Below the pieces are notes generated by a model. That model did not search any database and was not told the DNA's origin. It was given only the letters and a program-made list of their open reading frames with translations. From Octopus bimaculoides (lineage: Eukaryota), in NCBI RefSeq assembly GCF_001194135.2, contig NC_068984.1, positions 73,849,068 to 73,886,753 on the forward strand: 37,686 nt of DNA. Direction: 5' to 3'. Of the stretch, positions 24,382 to 35,325 are shown piece after piece; the first letter of the stretch is position 1, and the number at the start of each line of letters is the position of its first letter. Both the position numbers and the translations under genes were made by a program.

Positions 24382-24589
24382 GGAAATATGAGGAGCAACT
24401 GAATATTTCGCAGGCAATATTTTCAAAATTTTTGCTAATTTGTTTATAGTTATATCAACATTGCTATCGCCACCGATAGCACACCGATCTCTCTCTCTCT
24501 CTCTCTTTTTCTCACTCTCTCCTCTCTATCTCTCTCTAGCTCCTCACTATAATGCATGCATACATATATATGTGTGTATATAGCGTTTA

Positions 24590-24767
24590 TCTTTTACTTG
24601 TTTTAGTTATTAGACTGCGGCCATGTTGGGAGAATGCCTTGAAGAATTTTTGTTGTCGAATGAATCGACCCCCAATAGTCAGGTACTTGCTCTACAGTTC
24701 ATTTTTGCCGAACCGCTAAGTTATGGGATGTAGGGTAAACACAGCAGCACGGTTGTCAAGTGGTGGT

Positions 24768-24770
<3 letters not shown>
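24590..24770 (-). mobile_element. SINE family A, 3' half (decayed), adjoining (CA)n
   Basis: ttttgccgaaccgctaagtta..g.....gtaaacac...ggttgtcaag matches 5390-5445 and the reverse complement of 36650-36715. Confidence 0.75.
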
Positions 24771-24804
<34 letters not shown>

Positions 24805-25078
24805 ACAAGACACGCGCGCGCAAACACATACACATATATACGTACACACACACGCAATCACATACGCCCTCAGGTACACACACACACACATACACATACA
24901 CAGAGTTAAATTGATAAAAAAAGAATATTGTGAACTCGCCGTGGTGAGTATAAAATCTAACGTTTCGGACTGTGTCTTTCTTCAGGGAAATGCTGAAAGG
25001 AGAGAAATGAATAATTGCAATGCAAGTCTTGCAGACGCATACCAACATCAGTTTCTTTGGTTCTGCTTGCTCTCTGTA

Positions 25079-25114
<36 letters not shown>

Positions 25115-25138
25115 CATACACACTCACACACACGTACA

Positions 25139-25170
<32 letters not shown>

Positions 25171-25233
25171 TACACACACACACACGCATATATACTCACG
25201 CACACGCGTGCGCATACACTATTTATAAACAAG

Positions 25234-25321
25234 AATGTTAATCGTGACTTCGAAGTTTCGGCCAGCAAGCCATGGTCGGATTGCAGCTGCCCGAAACTTC
25301 GATGTCACTGTCAACAACATT
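25234..25321. ncRNA. Candidate pre-miRNA-like hairpin
   Basis: Arms GTGACTTCGAAGTTTCGG (25244-25261) and CCGAAACTTCGATGTCAC (25291-25308) pair at 17 of 18 positions. The stem continues inward (CAGC/GCTG) and has a symmetric imperfect basal stem. No expression evidence. Confidence 0.3.
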
Positions 25322-25598
25322 ATTCAAGAATAAATTCATTTGTACTGTACAAAAGTATAGAGTAACACATCAGATCAATGTAAAATTGGTTTTGCTATAA
25401 CAGAAAATTAAAACAAACATTAATGTGTGTGCATGTGAGTGTATCTGTGTGTGCATGTGAGTGTATCTGTGTGTGCGAGCGTGCGTATTGAGAGGGAGAG
25501 AGAGTGAGAGAGAGAGAAAGAGAAAGAAGATAGGCTAAAAGAGATGGCTGTAACAACACTTCGAATACACCGCTTGTCACAATTGACTGATTTGCAGA

Positions 25599-26110
25599 AT
25601 GCAGTCGGAACATGAAGACAATTTGGAATCTTGCTATGCCATAAAGTTTTGTGTTAAACTGGGCCAAAACGCTGCATGAACTTATGAAATGCTCCAGACT
25701 GCTTATGGCTTAACTTTCGCTGGCCCAAGATATTCAAGAACCGTAGAGAGGAGGTGAGAGAGGATAAGAGGTGCTAGAGGGAGGGATGTCAGAACAGCAG
25801 ATCTTGTTGAGAATATTTGCACTTTTCTGGATGTAGACTGTCGTTTACTTGTAAAGATAATGTGCTTCCAGTTAGGACTTGGTGAGACAATTGTACACAG
25901 AAATATTCATGAAGTTCTGGAAAGGCGCAAAAATTTTGCTCATTGGCGAAAATCAAAACTGCCACACACCTTCCCTACAGTCCTTTTGGTTGCTTCCTAA
26001 GCTGAAGAAGAATCTCAGGTATAGTAGTTCTGAAGATAAAGGAGGTTGTGACCAGGGTCCAAGACACCTTCACTCTGAAAGACTTCTCTTGGGACTTTAC
26101 GTGCAGTAAA
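25599..26110 (+). mobile_element. Internally deleted mariner transposase fossil
   Basis: MQSEHEDNLESCYAIKFCVKLGQNAA*TYEMLQTAYG (Mos1-type N-terminal HTH), then FKNRREEVREDKR...TIVHRNIHEVL, then a jump to C-terminal FWLLPKLKKNLR...IKEVVTRV. The DDD core is largely missing. Confidence 0.8.
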
Positions 26111-26529
26111 GTCAGAAAATATTACATTGAAGGAAATTTGTAATTCATAGATATTAATAAATGTCTCCTGAAAATGTTTCAAACCTAGAATACACCTTGT
26201 ATTTCCCGTAAAACGCATCTCACCTCGGATGTAATAACAGATAACTAGCATATATTTCAACATTGTTGGTGTCTATTGACAAGTTATACGTATTAATTAT
26301 AAAAAAAACAATAGTCTCTTTCTCTAAACACTTTCAGTCTCTCGCTCTGTATATTATGTAGTATTGATATCTAATGCTACATGTGTTTTCATGTGTGTGT
26401 GTGTATGTGTGCAATTTCGCGCGCAAACATGAGTGTATCAACACACACACATACACACACACACACACACACTAACACACACACACAAACACTACACACA
26501 CACACACACACACACTAACACACAAACAC

Positions 26530-26586
<57 letters not shown>

Positions 26587-26985
26587 ATATACTGAGGCTC
26601 ATACATACATACATAAACGTATTTCATACNNNNNNNNNNNNNNNNNNNNNNNNNNNNNNNNNNNNNNNNNNNNNNNNNNNNNNNNNCTCACACACACACA
26701 CAAACACACACACACAAACACACACACACAAACACACATATTTTCTCTCTCTTTCACACAAACCGCGCGCTCAAACACGAGTGTGTGTGTATGCATTAAT
26801 TAGTTTCAATTTTTGAAAATATTTTGAAAGAAGAAAAAAGTTAGGCTAGTCTCCAGCGGAACCCGAACAACCTATCACATGGTGACCCTTACAAGCGAGT
26901 TAATCAGTGCACAATACCTCGTTGCACTCACAAGGGAAATAGCCTTAAATGTATTTACTTAAATGTTTCTGCATTATATACATAC

Positions 26986-27242
26986 TGTTATATGGACTGT
27001 TAGATTTGTAATTCGTCTGACGTTCCGTGTGTCATGTGGTTCGTCTGAGTTCATTGTTTCATTGTTGTTGTCTTGTGGGACTGTCGTAGTAAAATGTCAT
27101 TGATATATATATGGCGGACATGACTTTTGTTTATTCATAACGNNNNNNNNNNTTCTTTGTATGTAATTGAACAATAAATGTAATAATTAAATTGTATAAC
27201 TCGTTGTGTTATCTCTACGAGTCACCCGAGGGAAACATTACA
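26986..27242 (+). mobile_element. Probable solo LTR
   Basis: Starts TGTTA and ends TTACA, with an identical 5-bp CATAC flank on both sides (26981-26985, 27243-27247). It has a TATA-like run near 27105 and AATAAA at 27173-27178. Confidence 0.6.
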
Positions 27243-27399
27243 CATACATTACATAGAACCTTTTTTCTATTTACATACGTACATAGCATAAAGATATTAC
27301 GTTCATACGTACGAGTTTGACCTGATCGTTTATAGCATACATTTACTAATTGTTTTAGGTACCTATGCAGTCGGGAGCAGTGACAGACAGCTTTTCGAC

Positions 27400-27655
27400 C
27401 CTCCCTTTCTTGTCACCATGAAAGTGTGTCAAAGGACGAGGTGACAGATGGATATGACAGCAGGGTGTGACAGATGGAATAAGGAGGGAGCTTCAACAAC
27501 GCTAGCCTGATACCTGTTGACAGGTAAGTAGACTGGATCAACGTACAATGAAGTGCCTTGCTTAAGGACAAAACGCGTTACCCAGTTCAGAAGCCAACCG
27601 GCGACTTTATGATTGTAAACCCAACAACTTTATCATCAAGCCACGCGTTGTCACA
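27400..27655 (-). mobile_element. Decayed SINE with tRNA-like head at the right end
   Basis: gaagtgccttgcttaaggacaaaacgc is the reverse complement of the gtgt.cttgagcaag.cactt core seen in the family C heads. Confidence 0.5.
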
Positions 27656-27814
27656 TTTGTACATATGTAAGTAACTACATACACGCCTTCACACATATAT
27701 GGCTTACATATTTGTATACATATAGATTATTATTACATACATACAAGCATACACACATGTACATACATGCAAACACAGGCATACATGCAAACACACATAA
27801 ATATATAGTATATG

Positions 27815-28645
27815 CAGGGTGCGTAAGATATTTGAGGACAGATTTATGTTTATAAAAAAGCAGATATATGATAACAGATAACTTTATTAAAAAATTCTAT
27901 GAGGATAAAAATAAACTTTTTTATCTGTAATGTTATTCAATAAAGCCACCTTCAGCTTCAACAACTGTTTCTATATGAGATCTAAATCATGCTCGAATCA
28001 AGTGGTCCTGGTTCATTTTGGACGTTACTCTAACTATGGCGGTTTTCAAAGAATCTTTGCTGTTGTGGGCGTGTTCTCTCAACAGCGCTCCACATGTAAT
28101 AGACCAATGGGTTGAAATATGGGGAATTAGGAAGCCAAATGTTAAGGGTTATGTGATCATAAAATTTTCAGCCATCCATTCCTGTGTTACTAGAGCCATG
28201 TGTGATAGTGCAGAGTCTTACTGAAACATATATGGCCTTCCATTGCATACAGTCCATCAATGGCTTAACAATTATTTCCAGGACCTCAATGTAGGCGGTA
28301 GAGATAACTCTAATGCCTTGTGGAAAGTAGTAAGGAGGCATCACATGTCCTTCATTGCTGACAACTCCTAAAACCATGACAATTGCAAGAAATTGTGTAT
28401 GCATAACACTTGAGTCTTCAGAAGGGTCTGCACATAACCATCTGTCATTTCTTCTGTTAACTTTTCGTTCTTGGTCGAAGTTTTTCTTGTTTGAGAAAAA
28501 ACAAATCAAATCTTCTGCTGGATTTTTCAGTTTGTTTAAGAGCCTTTTAGATCCAATGTAGTGATTTTCTTTTGCTTTTTCTGACAAGTTCACCTTTCCT
28601 CGTCATATAAGACTTAGATCGGATGTCTTCGTGGACAACCTTTCT
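27815..28645 (-). mobile_element. Tc1/mariner superfamily maT-type (DD37D) transposon fossil, 5'-truncated, one TIR retained
   Basis: KRLLNKLKNP...FFSNKKNFDQERKVNRRNDRW...VMVLGVVSNEGHVMPP...GRPYMFQ*DSALSH...WLPNSPYFNPLVYYMWSAVE...EAEGGFIE* (stop 27933-27935). There are 37 residues between the second and third catalytic positions after repairing one frameshift. TIR-like CAGGGTGCGTAAGATATTTGAG starts at 27815. Confidence 0.88.
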
Positions 28646-28892
28646 GACACATGGAGATCTTTTGCGCGCGCATATATATATGCATACATATCAATTTAGT
28701 ACACATCACGAAAGAGCTACTAATAGTTTCATGCTTTTATGATACTTTAAATAGGCATATTTACGAAATACGCCATATATTTCCAAGCAATTTTTCAGGC
28801 TCTGTTTATGCGCTTAATACACGTTAAAAACCAAGGCGTTGGACAATGAGAAAATTAGAGAAAATGAGAATATATATATATATGTGTGTGTG

Positions 28893-28925
<33 letters not shown>

Positions 28926-29354
28926 TTGTGTGTGTAGTCAATTCGAGGATGTTAGGTCCTCATTGGGGATTAAATAATCCAAAAATTTCACTGGTTATTC
29001 GCTATCATTTAAGGAGAATGTCTCGGCCATATGTTAAGGATTATCATAGTAATACATATTGTTAATAATGATGAAAGGAAGAAAATGGAGAATTATAGAT
29101 GTATAAATAATTTATTTGCATGATATAATGAGTTTGAAAGATTTTTTTATAAACACAATACAAATAAATTGTAAATTATAAAGCTCTAAAAGAAATGCCT
29201 GATACCAAATACCTACATAAATGTTTCGATTCATGCTCCTAGTTGATTAGTAATTCTAAGCATTTAAGTAGGGTCATATGCTAAGAATTGGTCATCATTT
29301 TCGACTATATGGGACAGAATCTCATCAGAGCTTTATGAGCTTATAGTACAAAGG

Positions 29355-29765
29355 TTGACAGGAGCGACTGTGTGGTAAGTAGCTTGCTTACGAACCACAT
29401 GGTTCCGGGTTCAGTCCCACTGCGTGGCACCTTGGGCAAGTGTCTTCTACTATAGCCTCGGGCCGACCAAAGCCTTGTGAGTGGATTTGGTAGACGGAAA
29501 CTGAAAGAAGCACGTCGTATATATGTATATATATATGTATGTGTATGTATATGTTTGTGTGTTTGTGTTTGTCCCTCCAACATCGCTTGACAACCGATGC
29601 TGATGTGTTTACGTCACCGTAACTTAGTGGTTCGGTAAAAGAAACCGATAGAATAAGTACTAGGCTTACATAGAATAAGTCCTGGAGTCTATGTACTTGA
29701 CTAAAGGCGGTGATCCAGCATGGCCACAGTTAAATGACTGAAACAAGTAAAAGAGTAAAAGAGTA
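29355..29765 (+). mobile_element. SINE family A, full length, with internal (AT)/(GT) microsatellite
   Basis: A-box-like TGTGTGGTAAG, B-box-like GGTTCAGTCCC (29408-29418), internal repeat at ~29517-29570 and an (AAAAGAGT)n tail. Confidence 0.92.
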
Positions 29766-30185
29766 TATTTCTTGAAAGGATGCAGAGGAATTACTGATAA
29801 GTTTAAGAAGTTAGATCACATGTATTATGCGTATGTATTTAGCTAAATTTATTTATATTGTATTGATAAAAACATCTTTCAACCTCATTATATCATACAA
29901 ATAAATTATTGATACATCCATAATTCTCCATATAACTATGTGTGTGTGTGTGTGTGTGTATGTATATATAAATATATAAATACATATATATAATGTTAAT
30001 TCTCTAAATGAAGTATTAACAGTAACTGCACGATAAAGTGTAGTATATTGCCACTTAAGTGTGGCTGACCCCTAGGGGTGGATGTTACTGTTGCTTTTAG
30101 CCCCAGGAGGACATCTCCTCCAGCTGGCTTATCGACACACGACTGTGTCCTGTTTGCCAAGGGAAGTTATCCCTTTCACCATGAT

Positions 30186-30223
30186 CTGTAGCACGAACGG
30201 ATCCGGATCCGTTCGTGCTACAG
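30186..30223. other. Perfect 38-bp palindrome ending exactly at a gap edge
   Basis: CTGTAGCACGAACGGATCC|GGATCCGTTCGTGCTACAG. Confidence 0.97.
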
Positions 30224-32278
30224 NNNNNNNNNNNNNNNNNNNNNNNNNNNNNNNNNNNNNNNNNNNNNNNNNNNNNNNNNNNNNNNNNNNNNNNNNNNNN
30301 NNNNNNNNNNNNNNNNNNNNNNNNNNNNNNNNNNNNNNNNNNNNNNNNNNNNNNNNNNNNNNNNNNNNNNNNNNNNNNNNNNNNNNNNNNNNNNNNNNNN
30401 NNNNNNNNNNNNNNNNNNNNNNNNNNNNNNNNNNNNNNNNNNNNNNNNNNNNNNNNNNNNNNNNNNNNNNNNNNNNNNNNNNNNNNNNNNNNNNNNNNNN
30501 NNNNNNNNNNNNNNNNNNNTATATATATATGTTTATATATATATCGCATAACTCTCAAATAAAATTTGAGTCATTTGTGGAGTTACAAGTCTAGAATTTT
30601 TTATCTGCGTCGCGTAAAGGTGAACTGCTGTTTGTTTTCACAGGAAGCTGTTCAACGATTCATGGTCTAATGATTATCATGTGTATAATGTATCATATGA
30701 TCAGGAATTTAATTCCCTCTGCATCATTATTACTATGTATTTCTGTGCACAGTTTAAGCAAACATAATGTTATGGATTTCCCAAGCTGATTATAAAAAAT
30801 GCATTGCGATATCTGTAACATAATTAGTGAGATACAAAATACATTATATCCAATTCCTTATACAAGCCAGACGTTGTCGGTATATTTCATTCATATTACT
30901 TCGTCTTTAAGTGGTTAGAATTCACCAGTGCACAACTCTTCAGAATCTACATTTCGTAGATATAAAAACAGGTATGAATCATTGTAAGGAATGATCGATT
31001 CAATATTTCTAGCTTTAAATTACATTGAGTTATCTGATTAGAAATAAATATTCGGCACTAAAATACAATACTGTGATGAACGTCACATAGTCGAAGATAG
31101 TCCAAGTATTATGAGGGATCATGTTCGTCCGTTGGGGTGAGAGGACCAGCTAGAATGAATGATATCCTGCGCAGTAACTTTCAGTAAAGATTTGCGCGCT
31201 GTCAACCACACTCTCTCACACGCGATCATCTTCAGTTCATTGGGATGACCAGATCAAGACGACTGATGATGGAGATATGCATTTTACTTCCTGTACTCCA
31301 CAATGTGGAGTACAAATTGTCATTTGTTGAACTATGACAGTCTTTTTTTCTCCTGTAAATTCCCCTGGATCCAGTCTTCACATACATAAGTAGGCAAACT
31401 CTTACATGTAATTAACCTGTAGCTGGGGATCTTGGGTGCTACTACTCCTAGTTAGACCTGAGAACAATAGTGGCTAAGAGGTAATTCTACACTCCTCAAA
31501 ACTCTAAAACTCCCAAGCCAGGGTTTCATTACTGGATGTACAAGTTAAATAATGGATACAAGTTGCCCTGACTGTAAAAATTATACAATCGCTACCGAGT
31601 TCTATTACTAGGATCTGTGTTTTGATGCATGTACTGAGTAATTATTGGTAGTTTGCAGTAATTCATTTCAGGTTTTGCAACTGATACAGCTCTTCCAATT
31701 GTGATTTGTTTCCGGGCCCCTTACAAGTCGCATCTAATTAATTGTCAACTCTTCAAATTTAGCAAAAAAAATCTGGTCAAAAAAGAATTCGTTTCGACAC
31801 TTTTTTTCTTAACCTTCATTAGTGTTTCACTTTTTAGTAAATCACGTTATGTTTCGCGCGTTTTATTTCTAATTGTTTTACTTATGTGTTTTAGATTGCA
31901 TTTTACATGTTTATGTTTTCGGTTTATATATTCAGGGTATAACATGCTTGTACATCACCAAATAGAATTAAACAATACATTTTAACGCTGTTTGACATCA
32001 TCAGAAAGAGTGGTTCTGCTTTAAGATTTCAAAAACATAAGAATATTCAGTTGGCAGTAGATGGGTGGAATTCTGTTCTTATATAAAGTGTATATCACCC
32101 CCATCGTTAATGTATTAATCTTTGCAATTGTCTTATCTGAATTAGGATATTACTTATTCTATTTATTTTTCTTGTTCATAGGTACAGTATAGGTATAGTA
32201 TAATTAGATGTTAGGTTTATATCGTTTTTCTGAGCAGTTATAGTACATAAAAAAGATAGAAACAGAGATAGATAGTTC

Positions 32279-32317
<39 letters not shown>

Positions 32318-32339
32318 CATACATACATACATACATACA

Positions 32340-32490
32340 TACAGTTTCCATGCAGTTTTCGTACATCAAATTTCACGAACGAAGCGTTGGACAACCCTAA
32401 GATACACTAGAAAATACTTGCACTAGGTGGCTGGCAGTAGGACCGAACCAGAAACCGCGTAGCTCCGAAGCGAACGCATTAAACTAAACA
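32340..32490 (-). mobile_element. SINE family A 5' half, old decayed copy
   Basis: catgcagttttcgtacatcaaatttcac...tagaaaatacttgcactaggtgg..gcagtaggaccgaacc. Confidence 0.6.
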
Positions 32491-32744
32491 GACATGCAGA
32501 TATGTACATGTATATATATGTGCGTGAGTGTGCGTGATTGTGTGTGTATATGTGTGTGTGTGTCTGTGTGTGTGTGTGTGTGGGGGGGTATACACACAAG
32601 CACCTTCCCTACATACACACACGACAGACGTTTTTATGCGTTTGAACCCGAATGTTTATTGTTTAGATAATATGTGTACTTGTGTATCTATATATTTGTT
32701 TATATTTCATAAGGCACTGAACCCTTTATGTTTCTGAGTGAATT

Positions 32745-32746
32745 TG

Positions 32747-32806
<60 letters not shown>

Positions 32807-32920
32807 GCGTAAATATAAACAAACAAACAACTCAGTTGAAACATCTCAAGAGATTCTTTCCCTTTTCAAGCTTGTTTGTTTACAATAAAAATGCTGACTT
32901 GTAGTCACTTTCAACCGGTT

Positions 32921-32969
<49 letters not shown>

Positions 32970-32970
32970 T
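32745..32970. repeat. Two (TAA)n microsatellites (~32745-32806 and ~32923-32969)
   Basis: Direct reading. Confidence 0.95.
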
Positions 32971-33497
32971 TCTTCCGTGGAGTTAAAAGGAAACAAAAAG
33001 ACATGGACGATTTATGTGTGAGAGTTTCTGAAGCGGTATGTTTTGTTGGCTTATTTGTTCCATCTATTCACCATTTGTTGAACTCACAATTCTTAATAAC
33101 TTCTAAGGAGAGCTTTCATCTATTCGCATTCAATGAAAGAACGAGAAAGCCTGACAGAAAGAAAGAAATAGCAAAATTGAACTAAAGAGACAAAGACAGT
33201 TAGCCATTTTCTTTTTCTTACATGTCTGTTTGTGCGGAGACTCTTTAAGTTGGCACAAGACCACAAAATTCAAAAGCTTATTATTTGTTTCATCGATAAC
33301 AATTAAGTTATAAGGTAGTGCTCCAGCATGGTTTCACTATAGTGACTGAAACAAGTAAAATAAACTTAAAGATTGGAAAACTAATGTGCAATTCGAGTGA
33401 GGTGTGACAGCAGAAGGTTGAGAGAAAGAGCCAGCCAGGAGTACAGCAAAACATTCAGTTCATTATGCTCATTGTTTCTGTTATTCTACTACTAATA

Positions 33498-33770
33498 TTG
33501 ACTTCAAATTTTAGCACAAGGTCAGCAATTTTAGAAGAGGTGGGTAAGCCAATTACAGCGACCCCAAGCCCGAAAGGATGAAAATCAAAGTCGACCTCAG
33601 CGGAATTGAAATTGAACTCGGAATGTGAAGAGAGAAGAAATGTCGCCAAGAATTTCGCCCGGCGAGCTAACGATTCTTATTTCTTTATTGCCCACAAGGG
33701 GCCAAACACAGCGGGGGAAAGCAAGGACAGACAAAGGGATTAAGTCGATTATAACGACTCCTGTGCGTGG
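33498..33770 (-). mobile_element. SINE family B copy (33498-33676) followed by the 3' end of a related variant (33678-33770)
   Basis: ccgaaaggatgaaa.tcaaagtcgacctcagcggaatt...aatttcgcccggcgagctaacgattc, then ttctttattgcccacaagggg...ggattaagtcgatta. Confidence 0.75.
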
Positions 33771-34692
33771 TCTCTCGACCTACTAGATATCGTAGCAAAA
33801 TTTTTCCCTCCAGTCACACTAATGTCGTTACCTGCAAGCATGTATATCTTGATGCATTCATCAATTGTTTTAAATGGCTGTGTAGTCCCAAGTGGACAGT
33901 GACACTCTCTCCATCTCCCAACTTTTGACAAGCGGAACATCTAGGATATGACAGTTGGAAGGTGCGACAGTTGCACTAGTATTCTATTTGTACATTTTTT
34001 GATAAGTAGAGTAAACCATCATGAGATTAAGTGCTATATTAAAAGGTAGAACGCGCTGCCTAATAACTCTTTTACTCTTTTACTTCTTTCTCCTTGAGCG
34101 CTGTTGTCATGTTGGGACACTTCATTAGGTTTTGCTACTCTAAACAATGACAATTGAATACCGAAGATTATTCTCAGCCTGCAACATCCTTAACTAACAC
34201 ACACGTAGCTGGGAAAAACAATGCTTGGGTCATCAACTGGAAGCTGTTGCAGAATCACCAAAAAAAAGTCATGCCTACAAAGGGGCAGATATTATTTTCC
34301 ATCCGCAAGAAATAGTTCACTATCCAGCAGAATTTTAAAATTCCTTTGAATCTTCAGGTGTACTACTATGCAGATTTCAGCTAAATATTGGATATCAAAT
34401 AACGTTGCAATGAATTTTAAACCAGCAGAAATTACGCAAGTGGACAAGATTAATATTTAAAGAACTTATCCTACATTTCAGCGTGAATACTTTTCTCTGT
34501 GGGTGAACTGCATATTCAAGAATGTTTTCGATAATAGACAATTTACGTAGGATGCACAAAGGTTGAAAGCACATGTAATCTATCTATTTAAGCGTCTGTT
34601 AATAAAAACTAAAACATTTCAAATGTTAGATGTTCATATATATATGAAATATGTATGTATATATATATATATATGTACGTATGTATGTATGC

Positions 34693-34721
<29 letters not shown>

Positions 34722-34724
<3 letters not shown>

Positions 34725-34915
34725 AGGGAGAATTCACACAAAAAAAAACAACAGACGAAAACAGGTGGTGTTGAAAACAAACAGATGTATTAGTATAACG
34801 CTCGGGAATTGAGAAAGTCTTTAACGTTTCGCGCCTACGCTCTTCTACAGAAAGGAACACGGAAAGAAGCAAGGAGAGAAACAAGGAGAGAAAATAACGT
34901 GTGTAGTGGTCAGGG
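34722..34915 (-). mobile_element. Probable Penelope-like pseudo-LTR fragment between microsatellites, with hammerhead-like motif
   Basis: Minus strand CTTT-CTGTAGA-AGAGCgtagGCGC-GAAAC-GTT-AAAG at 34819-34854, the same layout as 16584-16616. Confidence 0.4.
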
Positions 34916-34946
<31 letters not shown>

Positions 34947-35035
34947 TGTATGTATGCATGCATGCTTGTAATTATATACATACTAGCAGAGATGCCTAGC
35001 ACTGCTCGAGATTAAAATGGCATAGCCTTTATATT

Positions 35036-35282
35036 GTTTTACTTGTTTCGATCATGAGAACATGCTGGAGCACAGCCTTTAGTCGAAGAAATCGACCCCA
35101 AGATTTATTCTTTGTAAGGCTATGTACTTGTTCCTGTTTCCGTCTACCAAATCCACTCACAAGGCTTTGGTCGGCCCGAAGCTATAGTAGAACACACTTG
35201 CCCGAGGTGCCACACAGTGGGACTGAACCTAGGAACATGTGGTTGGTAAGCAAGCTACTTACCACACAGACACTCCTGCGCC

Positions 35283-35283
<1 letters not shown>
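35036..35283 (-). mobile_element. SINE family A with the central portion deleted
   Basis: The 3' tail segment (to ...ttctttgtaagg.t..gtactt) is fused directly to the 5' half (tttccgtctaccaaatcc...), with no internal microsatellite. Confidence 0.88.

Positions 35284-35325
<42 letters not shown>

Noticed and set aside
30052-30125. Cluster of short inverted repeats (GCCAC/GTGGC, CCCCTAGGGG, GGAGGA/TCCTCC) suggesting an HDV-like ribozyme
   Set aside because: I could not assemble the nested double-pseudoknot pairing order by eye; an RNAmotif or Infernal search would be needed.
31080-31560. Moderately GC-richer stretch, possibly an old LINE remnant
   Set aside because: I could not recover a translatable RT or endonuclease motif in any frame.
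34160-34310. ~48-codon open stretch in unique sequence
   Set aside because: It is short, has no recognisable motif, and its length is within chance expectation.
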